Below, piece after piece: positions 46,813-54,832 of a stretch of 64,000 bases of DNA. The DNA comes from an uncultured delta proteobacterium. Lineage in GTDB: Bacteria > Desulfobacterota > Desulfobacteria > Desulfobacterales > B30-G6. Within the stretch, counting starts at the first letter, position 1, and every line of letters starts with the position of its first letter. Position numbers and translations under genes: made by a program. Where the stretch lies: contig CAWGLD010000004.1 in NCBI GenBank assembly GCA_963823335.1, positions 68,382 to 132,381 on the forward strand, written 5' to 3'. The notes beneath the pieces are model-generated. The model was not told the origin of the DNA, ran no database searches, and saw nothing but the letters and a program-made list of their open reading frames with translations.

Positions 46813-48525
46813 GTGAAAACAAAAAAGAAGTTTGGAGAAATGCTCATGGAGGCCGGGTTGCTGAGCGAAGATCAGCTAAAACAGGCCATCATCGACCATA
46901 AACGAACGAACATGAAACTGGGACAGTATCTTGTTCGTGAGGGAATTGTCAGCGGATCTCAGGTGGTCGATATAATATCAAAACAGCTGAAAATAAAAAA
47001 ATACAACCCTGACGACTATCCCGTCGATATCGAGCTCTCCAAAGTAATACCCCTGGAACTTGCCCAGAAATTCCAGGCCGCGCCATTAAGAAAGAGCAAA
47101 TTCCTCCTGACCCTCGCAATGACCGATCCCATGGATATTACCGCACTCGATTCCATCGAAGTTTACACCAATACGGAAGTTGAAGCGGTTATCTCAACAT
47201 ACCAGGAGCTCAACCACTTGATCGGCAGCCTGTATGGCACCTACTCCGGCATCGATGGTGTTCTTGAAGGCATGCAGGATATGCAGATTGAAAGAGATGA
47301 CGATGAAGACACGTCACGGGCGGCCATCGAAGATATCGAGGTCAGCTCCCTGCAGGACATGGCCGAAGAAGCGCCGGTTATACGTCTCGTCAACTCGATT
47401 CTTTCCCAGGCAGTCAGGGAGGGCGCCAGTGATGTCCATATCAGCCCGGAAAAAGATTATGTCCAGGTGAGGTTTCGGGTTGACGGCAAACTTCATGAAC
47501 TGCCGGCGCCACCCAAGACCATGATATTACTTATCATATCAAGACTGAAGATTCTCTCCAACATGGACATCTCGGTTTCGAGAATTCCCCAGGATGGACG
47601 TTTCACCATCAAAATGGATGAAAAGGAAATCAACATCCGATCGTCCACCATCCCCACTATTTATGGGGAAAATATGGTCTTGCGACTTCTTGACACAAGC
47701 GGCGGGGTGCACTCTCTTGAAGAACTGGGAATGTCCATGGCTGATATTCGCAAACTTGAACCCATGATCCACAAACCCTATGGCATGATTTTGAGCACCG
47801 GACCCACGGGTAGCGGCAAGAGTACGACACTTTATTCAATCCTCAAAAGGATCAATCAGCCCGATATCAATATTATCACCATAGAAGACCCGGTTGAATA
47901 CCGTATCAACAAGATCAGACAGATCCAGCTCAACCGAAAAGCCGGGATGACTTTCGCAAGCGGACTGCGTTCCATCATGCGGCAGGATCCTGACGTCATC
48001 ATGGTCGGCGAAATCCGGGATCCTGAAACTGCCTCGATTGCCGTTCAGTCAGCTCTTACCGGCCACCGGGTGCTGAGCACGGTTCATACAAACGATGCCG
48101 CCGGTGCCATTACGCGCTTTATTGACATGGGCATCGAACCTTTTCTGGTTTCTTCGGTAATGCTTGTATCCATCGCACAACGCCTCGTCAGGAAAGTTTG
48201 CCCTTACTGTAAGAAACCCCACACCCCGCCGGCCTTGGCACTGGAATACTGGGGTCTCAACCACGCAGAAAATCCAAATTTCATGCAAGGCAATGGATGT
48301 TTTAACTGTATGGACAAAGGGTATAAGGGAAGAATCGGTGTATATGAAATCCTTATAATCGATGAAATGGTCCAGGATATGATTCTCAAAAGAAATTCAT
48401 CTCAGGAAATAGCCCGTGCAGCTATTCAGGCAGGGACATTGAAAACACTCAGGGATGACGCCGCAAAAAAGATTCTCCAGGGTATTACGACCATTGAAGA
48501 AGCTGCATCAGCGGTGATCGTATAG
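46813..48525 (+). CDS. type IV pilus/T2SS assembly ATPase (GspE/PilB family) with N-terminal MshEN-type domain (MshE-like)
   Basis: N-terminus FGEMLMEAGLLSEDQLKQAI (T2SSE_N/MshEN), Walker A GPTGSGKST, Asp and His boxes, tetracysteine CPYC..CFNC; GTG start. Confidence 0.88.
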   Translation: MKTKKKFGEMLMEAGLLSEDQLKQAIIDHKRTNMKLGQYLVREGIVSGSQVVDIISKQLKIKKYNPDDYPVDIELSKVIPLELAQKFQAAPLRKSKFLLTLAMTDPMDITALDSIEVYTNTEVEAVISTYQELNHLIGSLYGTYSGIDGVLEGMQDMQIERDDDEDTSRAAIEDIEVSSLQDMAEEAPVIRLVNSILSQAVREGASDVHISPEKDYVQVRFRVDGKLHELPAPPKTMILLIISRLKILSNMDISVSRIPQDGRFTIKMDEKEINIRSSTIPTIYGENMVLRLLDTSGGVHSLEELGMSMADIRKLEPMIHKPYGMILSTGPTGSGKSTTLYSILKRINQPDINIITIEDPVEYRINKIRQIQLNRKAGMTFASGLRSIMRQDPDVIMVGEIRDPETASIAVQSALTGHRVLSTVHTNDAAGAITRFIDMGIEPFLVSSVMLVSIAQRLVRKVCPYCKKPHTPPALALEYWGLNHAENPNFMQGNGCFNCMDKGYKGRIGVYEILIIDEMVQDMILKRNSSQEIARAAIQAGTLKTLRDDAAKKILQGITTIEEAASAVIV

Positions 48526-49012
48526 AAACTAATGAACATCGAACATCGAACGTCCAACATCGAATTTTGAATAAAAAGATAAAGAAACAGGCGTATGATC
48601 TGGAAGAAAGGTTGCTCGAGTATTCGGTGAGAATCGTAAAACTCGTTGAACAACTTCCAAATACCAAGGCAGGCAGTCATATTGCGGGGCAATTGTTAAG
48701 ATCTGGAACTTCACCATACCCAAATCATGGTGAAGCTCAGGCAGCGGAATCCCCGAAAGACTTTATCCATAAATTACGTATTTCATTAAAGGAACTCAGG
48801 GAAACCCAGCGATGGTTAAAATTAATACAGCGAGTACCACTAATTAAAAAGCCTGAACTATTGAAGGATATTATCGAGGAAACTGAAGAATTAATTAAGA
48901 TTTTCGTCGCGAGCATTAAAACTGCGGAAAAGAGAAAGAGATAATTCATTATTGTTTGTTTTTCATTCGACATTGGACGTTCGATGTTCGATGTTGGACG
49001 TTCATCTTTAAA
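48526..49012 (+). mobile_element. full-length IVS-like palindromic element, family A, copy R6 (carries an intact ORF)
   Basis: Left arm 48531-48572 and right arm 48961-49009 are near-perfect reverse complements enclosing the 48567-48944 ORF. Confidence 0.85.
48567..48944 (+). CDS. four-helix-bundle protein (23S rRNA intervening-sequence protein family, PF05635/TIGR02436-like)
   Basis: ..AGQLLRSGTSPYPNHGEAQAAESPKDFIHKLRISLKELRETQRWLKLI.. fits the family signature; 125 aa with no internal Met; the TTG start lies inside the left arm. Confidence 0.8.
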   Translation: MNKKIKKQAYDLEERLLEYSVRIVKLVEQLPNTKAGSHIAGQLLRSGTSPYPNHGEAQAAESPKDFIHKLRISLKELRETQRWLKLIQRVPLIKKPELLKDIIEETEELIKIFVASIKTAEKRKR

Positions 49013-49042
49013 TAACCAAGAAAACCCAACAAACAGGTTATT

Positions 49043-50266
49043 ATGCCGACATATTCATACCAGGCCATTAACGAATCCGGTTCCACTGTCACCGGTGAGG
49101 TCGAAGCCGAATCCACGGACATGGCCAACAACATTCTTTCCGCCAGGGGGTACCTGCCATCACGGGTGGTTGAAAAGGGTCAGATAGTACCCAGTGATTT
49201 TAGCAAACAGCTCAGAGAACGCTTCACATTCATCAAACCGCCTGAACTGATACTCTTTACCAAACAGTTCAAGACACTTATTAAAGCGGGTATACCCATC
49301 TTGAAAATTTTTAAGGTCATTGAAAATCAGACCGAAAACATTGTCTTAAAAGATATGGTCCTGTCTATTTCGCAGGATGTACAGCAAGGGTCCAGTCTTC
49401 ATGACGCGTTCCGGAAACACCCCAAGGCCTTTTCGCCTCTTTACTGCAGCATGTTGCGCGCTGGGGAAGCCAGCGGGGCATTGCCGGAGATACTGGAACG
49501 TCTGATTTATATCCTCGAACATGAGCACAAGATAAAGTCCGAGATTCGGGCAGCGCTTTCTTATCCCATCATCGTTATTTCCTTTTTAGGCATCGCTTTT
49601 TTTGTTCTCCTGACCTTTGTCATTCCTAAATTTGTCACGATTTTCGAAAGATCGAGTGTCGCACTCCCGCTGCCGACACAGATCTGCATGCTGATGTACC
49701 AGGTTCTTGCCAATTACTGGCTGATAATGCTCGTTGGTCTCATTGGCGGCATCGTATTTCTGAACTACTATTTAAAAACCGAACAGGGGCTTTTGGCCAA
49801 AGACACCTTACTGATGCGTCTTCCTCTCTTAGGACCACTTTTTGCAAAAGCCGCCATGGCAAGGTTTGCGAGTATTTTCTCTATCCTGCAGGCCAGTGGT
49901 GTTCCCGTCCTCGACTGCATTCGCATTTTAACGGAAACCATTGGGAATCAGGCTATTTCAAAAGAATTCGCCCTTGTAACAGAACGTCTTGAGGAAGGGC
50001 GTGGACTGGCGGAGCCATTGAAATCCGCTAAGTATTTTCCGCCGATTGTCATCAATATGATCGCCATCGGAGAAGAATCGGACAACCTCGAAGACATGCT
50101 CAACGAAATTGCGTTGCATTACGATTCTGAACTCGAATATGCCATGAAAAAACTGTCCGAGGCCCTCGGACCTTTATTGACACTCGGGCTGGCAGTTGTG
50201 GTCGGTTTTTTTGCCCTCGCGATCTATCTGCCCATGTGGGATATGACCAAGATGAGCGGATTATAA
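49043..50266 (+). CDS. type IV pilus/T2SS inner-membrane platform protein (GspF/PilC family, MshG-like)
   Basis: Two T2SSF repeats, three TM segments, 407 aa. Confidence 0.88.
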   Translation: MPTYSYQAINESGSTVTGEVEAESTDMANNILSARGYLPSRVVEKGQIVPSDFSKQLRERFTFIKPPELILFTKQFKTLIKAGIPILKIFKVIENQTENIVLKDMVLSISQDVQQGSSLHDAFRKHPKAFSPLYCSMLRAGEASGALPEILERLIYILEHEHKIKSEIRAALSYPIIVISFLGIAFFVLLTFVIPKFVTIFERSSVALPLPTQICMLMYQVLANYWLIMLVGLIGGIVFLNYYLKTEQGLLAKDTLLMRLPLLGPLFAKAAMARFASIFSILQASGVPVLDCIRILTETIGNQAISKEFALVTERLEEGRGLAEPLKSAKYFPPIVINMIAIGEESDNLEDMLNEIALHYDSELEYAMKKLSEALGPLLTLGLAVVVGFFALAIYLPMWDMTKMSGL

Positions 50267-50303
50267 AATCTCTCCGCGATTTTATTTGGCGCGATGTTGT
50301 CGC
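50263..50303 (-). repeat. bipartite boundary hairpin motif, copy h
   Basis: ATAAAATC-tctccgc-GATTTTAT TTGGC GCGAT-gtt-GTCGC; the platform-gene stop TAA (50264-50266) is inside the AT hairpin. Confidence 0.7.
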
Positions 50304-50536
50304 TTATAAATGCACGATATAAATTCCTACTTTTAAAATCCTGAGAAACCAGACATACTATGAATATTTCAGATGGTTTCAGAGATCGAATATAGTTTAT
50401 ACCGCTTGTCATAATACTGTTCCGAAAATAGGATGGCGGCATAAGGGGTTGTAGCAGAAAAAAGGTCCTCAATCGGAACGTTTTTCTGACAACCCCTATA
50501 TAACTATATGTAATCATTATTATGCAATAAAAACTA

Positions 50537-50577
50537 GCGACGCAGTCGCGTCAAATAAAATTGCGGAGCAATTTTAT
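50537..50577 (+). repeat. bipartite boundary hairpin motif, copy i
   Basis: GCGAC-gca-GTCGC GTCAAAT AAAATTG-cggag-CAATTTTAT; the loop carries the only GGAG upstream of ATG 50576, which overlaps the motif end; inverted relative to copy h. Confidence 0.75.
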
Positions 50578-51892
50578 GAAGGATATCCGATTCAACATCA
50601 GTCTGTACGTCATTATTCCCGTTATCATCGCGGGTATCTCCATATTGGCTACCATCGCCTCCTTCAACATCACCACCTACTATTTCAAACGCGGTTTTGA
50701 CCCCACATGGCCGGTGGCTTTCTGGGGTAGCATCATGATCATCGTAACAGCTGTTTTTGGTGTTTTAATCGTCAAGTTCATCATCGATCCCATGAAACGA
50801 TTCGCACGAAACACCGAAAATTTAGGCGTACTCGGACGAATGCCCAAAACAGACAAACCGGATGACATGGAACGATTTTCACAACTTTTCGACCAGGTCA
50901 CCGATATTTTGGGTCAAGTGGAGGCCCGGGAGCTATTCCCGAATATCGTGGGCCAGAGTAAAGTCATGCGGGGGGTCTTGAAACAGATTCTCCAGGTTGC
51001 CAAGACGGATTCCACTGTCCTCATTCTCGGTGAGACCGGCACCGGAAAAGAGTTGATTGCCCAAAGTATTCATCAGCACAGCAAGCGAAGGGAAAAGGAT
51101 TTCATTGCCCTCAACTGTGCCGCCATCCCTGAAAATTTGCTTGAAAGCGAATTGTTCGGCCATGAAAAAGGCGCCTTCACCGGAGCTTCTTCCCGAAAAC
51201 TCGGCAAATTTGAAATTGCCCACAACAGCACCCTTTTCATGGACGAAATCGGCGACATGCCCATGGAAACCCAGACAAAGGTATTGCGGGCGATCCAGGA
51301 AAATCAATTTGGTCGCGTGGGGGGTGTCAAAACCATCAAGGTCAACGTTCGTTTTATTACCGCCACGCATCAAGATCTGACATCCCTGGTCAAGCAGGGG
51401 AAATTCCGTCAGGACCTCTATTACCGGCTGAATGTTTTTGCCATCCATCTGCCCCCTTTGCGTGAAAGACGGGAAGATATTCCGCTGCTTGTCGACAGTT
51501 TTCTGGGGAAACAGAATAAACAATTTAACGTAACATCGGAAACCATGCAGCTTCTAACCGCCTATGACTGGCCTGGAAATGTACGTGAACTTGAAAATGC
51601 CATCGAAGCTGCAACCATCATTACTGAAGACGTCATCCAACCCAAACACCTGCCGTCATCTATTACCAACACGTTTGGCAAATCCATAGCAAATAAAATA
51701 GACACGCTTCCTAAAATGAATCTGGATAATCGTATCCATGAGCTTGAAAAAGGGATGATCATCGATGCATTGACCACGACAGGTGGCATCCAGAAGAAGG
51801 CAGCCTTTCTTTTAGGCATCAAGGAACGCAGTTTATGGCATCGGATCAAAAAGTATGATATTGATGCGAGCTCTTTCAAACAACAAATGTAG
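50576..51892 (+). CDS. sigma-54-dependent transcriptional activator, membrane-anchored (2 TM), no receiver domain
   Basis: Two N-terminal TM helices; AAA+ core with GETGTGKE, GAFTGA, and C-terminal Fis-type HTH (..QKKAAFLLGIKERSLWHRIKK..). Confidence 0.88.
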   Translation: MKDIRFNISLYVIIPVIIAGISILATIASFNITTYYFKRGFDPTWPVAFWGSIMIIVTAVFGVLIVKFIIDPMKRFARNTENLGVLGRMPKTDKPDDMERFSQLFDQVTDILGQVEARELFPNIVGQSKVMRGVLKQILQVAKTDSTVLILGETGTGKELIAQSIHQHSKRREKDFIALNCAAIPENLLESELFGHEKGAFTGASSRKLGKFEIAHNSTLFMDEIGDMPMETQTKVLRAIQENQFGRVGGVKTIKVNVRFITATHQDLTSLVKQGKFRQDLYYRLNVFAIHLPPLRERREDIPLLVDSFLGKQNKQFNVTSETMQLLTAYDWPGNVRELENAIEAATIITEDVIQPKHLPSSITNTFGKSIANKIDTLPKMNLDNRIHELEKGMIIDALTTTGGIQKKAAFLLGIKERSLWHRIKKYDIDASSFKQQM

Positions 51893-52215
51893 TATTTCAA
51901 CTACAATATTTGGTGCTTTACAATTATATTAACTATTTCAGCATGTTTAGATTCGTTGTTGCAATAATTATTTTAGATATTTTACTAACCTCGAGTTGTT
52001 TCACTTGACAGACACGTAAAAAACTCTAAATTTTTACCATACCTGTAACGCCAGGTATCCAGAACCTATAGTAAACATAGGTTTTTTTCGTTCACAAAGA
52101 TGATATCTTTAGGGCTTGTTGACATCTTTTTACAAGGGTATATCAATGATTTATTCATGTTTTGTTCCTTCTTTTTTTGTCGATAGTGATAATCTTTTTA
52201 CTTAATTCACAAATC

Positions 52216-52231
52216 TGGCATTTTATGTGCA
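52216..52231 (+). promoter_or_regulatory. sigma-54 (-24/-12) promoter upstream of the pilin gene
   Basis: TGGCATTTTATGTGCA: GG and GC dinucleotides at the canonical TGGCAC-N5-TTGC spacing, 87 nt upstream of ATG 52318. Confidence 0.6.
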
Positions 52232-52317
52232 CTAACTTTCATCAGATATATTGCCACCTAAGCAAATTTAATGTTTGATACGGTTTTGAAATTGGAATTC
52301 ATCACAAGGAGAATCAA

Positions 52318-52734
52318 ATGCAGGCAAAAACAGTTAAAATGAGGCAGCAGAAAAAAAAGGAAGAAGGTTTCACGCTTGTGGAGGTCATTGCTGTATTGGT
52401 CATACTTGGCATTCTGGCAGCAGTTGCCATTCCTAAATTTTTTGACATGCAGGACACCGCCAGGCAAAAGGCCATTTTGGGCGCCGTCGGCGAACTGAAT
52501 GGACAAGTTGCGCTTGCTTTTGCACAAAATGCATTGAATGGCGGAGTCGCCGGTAATTATTCTGGCTATACAGGTGACATAGGTCCCGAGTTCGTTCTCA
52601 CCGGCCAGGCTGCAGATGCACCGGGCACAGGCACGATCGCTTTTGCCACCCCCCCTGGTGTTCACATTTATACGCTTACGTGGGCAGCCGGTGATACTGA
52701 ATCGCCGGGGTACTTTTCGGTAACTTTCCCTTAA
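52318..52734 (+). CDS. type IV major pilin (MshA-like), no cysteines
   Basis: Class III signal ..KKKEEG|FTLVEVIAVLVILGILAAVAIPKF with Glu+5; AAGGAG RBS; 138 aa. Confidence 0.88.
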   Translation: MQAKTVKMRQQKKKEEGFTLVEVIAVLVILGILAAVAIPKFFDMQDTARQKAILGAVGELNGQVALAFAQNALNGGVAGNYSGYTGDIGPEFVLTGQAADAPGTGTIAFATPPGVHIYTLTWAAGDTESPGYFSVTFP

Positions 52735-52782
52735 TGATTTAGTCTGGCCGTGATCTGGACGCACTTATTTAACGGAATGAAT

Positions 52783-52804
52783 CCCCCCGCGGCATGCCGC
52801 GGGG
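52783..52804 (+). terminator. GC-rich perfect palindrome after the pilin gene (attenuator/terminator-like, no clear U tract)
   Basis: CCCCGCGGCA|TGCCGCGGGG perfect 20-nt palindrome ~50 nt after the pilin stop. Confidence 0.45.
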
Positions 52805-52989
52805 TATCGTTCAACTGATTCTGCCGATTCCAGCGCAGGAAGCTGCGGGGTATCAGACCCTGAAAGAGATTAACTTACTCAAGATTCCACTATCTCGACA
52901 AAGATCGAATTCTCATTCCTGTCGTCTTTGCCAACATGGCAATTTTTGTATCCTGTTCGATGTGTCAATACCTTTAACCTGAAAACATA

Positions 52990-53517
52990 GTGCCCCGTAT
53001 GTCAATAGTACCTGATTGCAAAAATGAAAATGGCTTTTCCCTTGTCGAAATCATAGCTGCTCTGGTCATTGTCGTCATCATCAGCACAGTTGTTATCAGC
53101 CGGTCCGGTTCTTTTACAACCGACCTGGTTTCCCAGACAGAGATCCTAAAAGTCCATCTTCGTCACGCCCAGTCTCTTGGGATGATCGGATCAGATCCAA
53201 GTGCTGTTTATGGTATAAAATGCGACACCAATTTTTATTGGATGTTCAAAGGCATCGATCCGGACCTTAATATCCTTATGCTCACCGATGATCAGCGATA
53301 CAACACCAACAATGACGGCAAACTCGATTTAACCCCAAAAAAAATAGCCATAGGAACCGCTTTCACTGTAATTTTTGACCAGCGGGGGATTCCCTACCGT
53401 TCCTATACAAATGAAACCGACAACGACCCATATTCTGAAGATCTCTTGATTGACGTAACAAAGGCAGGCGATGTCGAGACCATCACCGTAACACTGCACA
53501 CGGGGTTTATACCTTGA
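52990..53517 (+). CDS. minor pilin / pseudopilin with prepilin-type N-terminus
   Basis: ..KNENG|FSLVEIIAALVIVVIIS..; start uncertain (GTG 52990 or ATG 52999). Confidence 0.7.
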   Translation: MPRMSIVPDCKNENGFSLVEIIAALVIVVIISTVVISRSGSFTTDLVSQTEILKVHLRHAQSLGMIGSDPSAVYGIKCDTNFYWMFKGIDPDLNILMLTDDQRYNTNNDGKLDLTPKKIAIGTAFTVIFDQRGIPYRSYTNETDNDPYSEDLLIDVTKAGDVETITVTLHTGFIP

Positions 53518-53924
53518 TGAACAGATTCAAAATGCCTTCCATTTTCAAATCCCAGAAAGGATTTACCCTCCTGGAGATCATTGCCACCCTGATCCTGGTT
53601 GGTATTTCTGCGGCGGTTATGTATCCCGTTATGCGAACAAACCTGATCCGAAGTGCCGAACCCGTAAACCGTTTAAATGATCATCAGCTTCTTATTCAGG
53701 AGATGGACAAATGGACCGGCATTTATCGGGATGAAATTAAAAATAACTCCCTGGACATCGTCAATTTCAAATCAAATGTTGATTCAAATGCCAATTATCT
53801 GGACAGTACATCCTATATCAACAGCTTCAACGGCGGTGCCTATGCCACTCAGGGAACCAATAAGATATTGCGTGTCACTCTGATAAACAACGACCAGACA
53901 CTGGTAGCCTTGTTTGCAGAATGA
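53517..53924 (+). CDS. minor pilin / pseudopilin with prepilin-type N-terminus
   Basis: ..KSQKG|FTLLEIIATLILVGISAA..; ATG overlaps the preceding TGA. Confidence 0.7.
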   Translation: MNRFKMPSIFKSQKGFTLLEIIATLILVGISAAVMYPVMRTNLIRSAEPVNRLNDHQLLIQEMDKWTGIYRDEIKNNSLDIVNFKSNVDSNANYLDSTSYINSFNGGAYATQGTNKILRVTLINNDQTLVALFAE

Positions 53925-53984
53925 CATCGCCCAGCGACGTCATCAAACGCGATCTCGTCGCTTTTTTAAACGAAAGTTTTACAC

Positions 53985-54575
53985 ATGAACAATCACACGA
54001 CAATAAACAATAGAAGCCATCTCAACAATGGTTTCAGCTTGGTAGAACTGATAGTAAGCCTGACCCTTGCGGGAATTCTGGCGCTGGCGCTCATGACCAT
54101 CGTGGTCACCGCTCTCAATGGGTTTTCACTTTCAAGAGACGCTGCCGGCGTCACCCAGAAAGCCAATCTGGCTCTCTCCCGTATCCGGATTGAGCTCTTG
54201 AATGCCACGGACATCACCACTGCCGAAGCAAACAGAATCATTTACGAAACCGCTCAAGGCACCTATGAAATCCTGAAAACAGGTAACATCATCACCCTGG
54301 AAAAAACAGACGCCGCATCACCTATAGCGGCCAGAACCCTGGTGGACAATATCCTGGCAGACTACGGAACAGACAATTTTCTTGCTTACCAAAAACGGAA
54401 TGCCTCGACATGGACACCTTCTGACGACATCTCGGAGCTGTATGCCATCACGTTGATGCTCAGATTTACAAACTACCCCCGTTCCATAGAGACCATGGTC
54501 AACCCACGCAACAACCAGGTAAGGAATGCACCATTGCTCGTTATGGCAACTGTTTTTCAAACAGAGCGTTTATAA
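53985..54575 (+). CDS. minor pilin / pseudopilin with prepilin-type N-terminus (PilW/MshO-like)
   Basis: ..HLNNG|FSLVELIVSLTLAGILAL.. Confidence 0.7.
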   Translation: MNNHTTINNRSHLNNGFSLVELIVSLTLAGILALALMTIVVTALNGFSLSRDAAGVTQKANLALSRIRIELLNATDITTAEANRIIYETAQGTYEILKTGNIITLEKTDAASPIAARTLVDNILADYGTDNFLAYQKRNASTWTPSDDISELYAITLMLRFTNYPRSIETMVNPRNNQVRNAPLLVMATVFQTERL

Positions 54576-54668
54576 CCGCTGTCGGATAGGTGTAGATGCC
54601 GTTAGCCTTTTTTTGTTTTAGTTCTTTAACTGCAAAATTGTGTATTTAATGGCAAAAAAATAAGAACA

Positions 54669-54761
54669 ATCACGAAAACACGCACGAATTATCCGTACAG
54701 GATAAATCTGAAAAACACGAAAGTTTTCATGGTCTTTTTCGTGGTTTCGTGCTTTCGTGAT
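54669..54761. repeat. hairpin with CACGAAA-unit arms
   Basis: ATCACGAAAACACGCACGAA (54669-54688) vs TTCGTGGTTTCGTGCTTTCGTGAT (54738-54761), reverse complements apart from a 4-nt indel. Confidence 0.6.
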
Positions 54762-54832
54762 AAAAGATCTTTTTCTTTTCCGGTTTATCCGGGACGGGTT
54801 TTAGGTGTTACGTTTTAGCTAGGTCACAAGGT

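Noticed and set aside
52794-52982. 62-aa ORF between the pilin and the minor pilin genes
   Set aside because: It starts inside the GC palindrome, has no RBS and no pilin-type N-terminus. The region is more plausibly regulatory.
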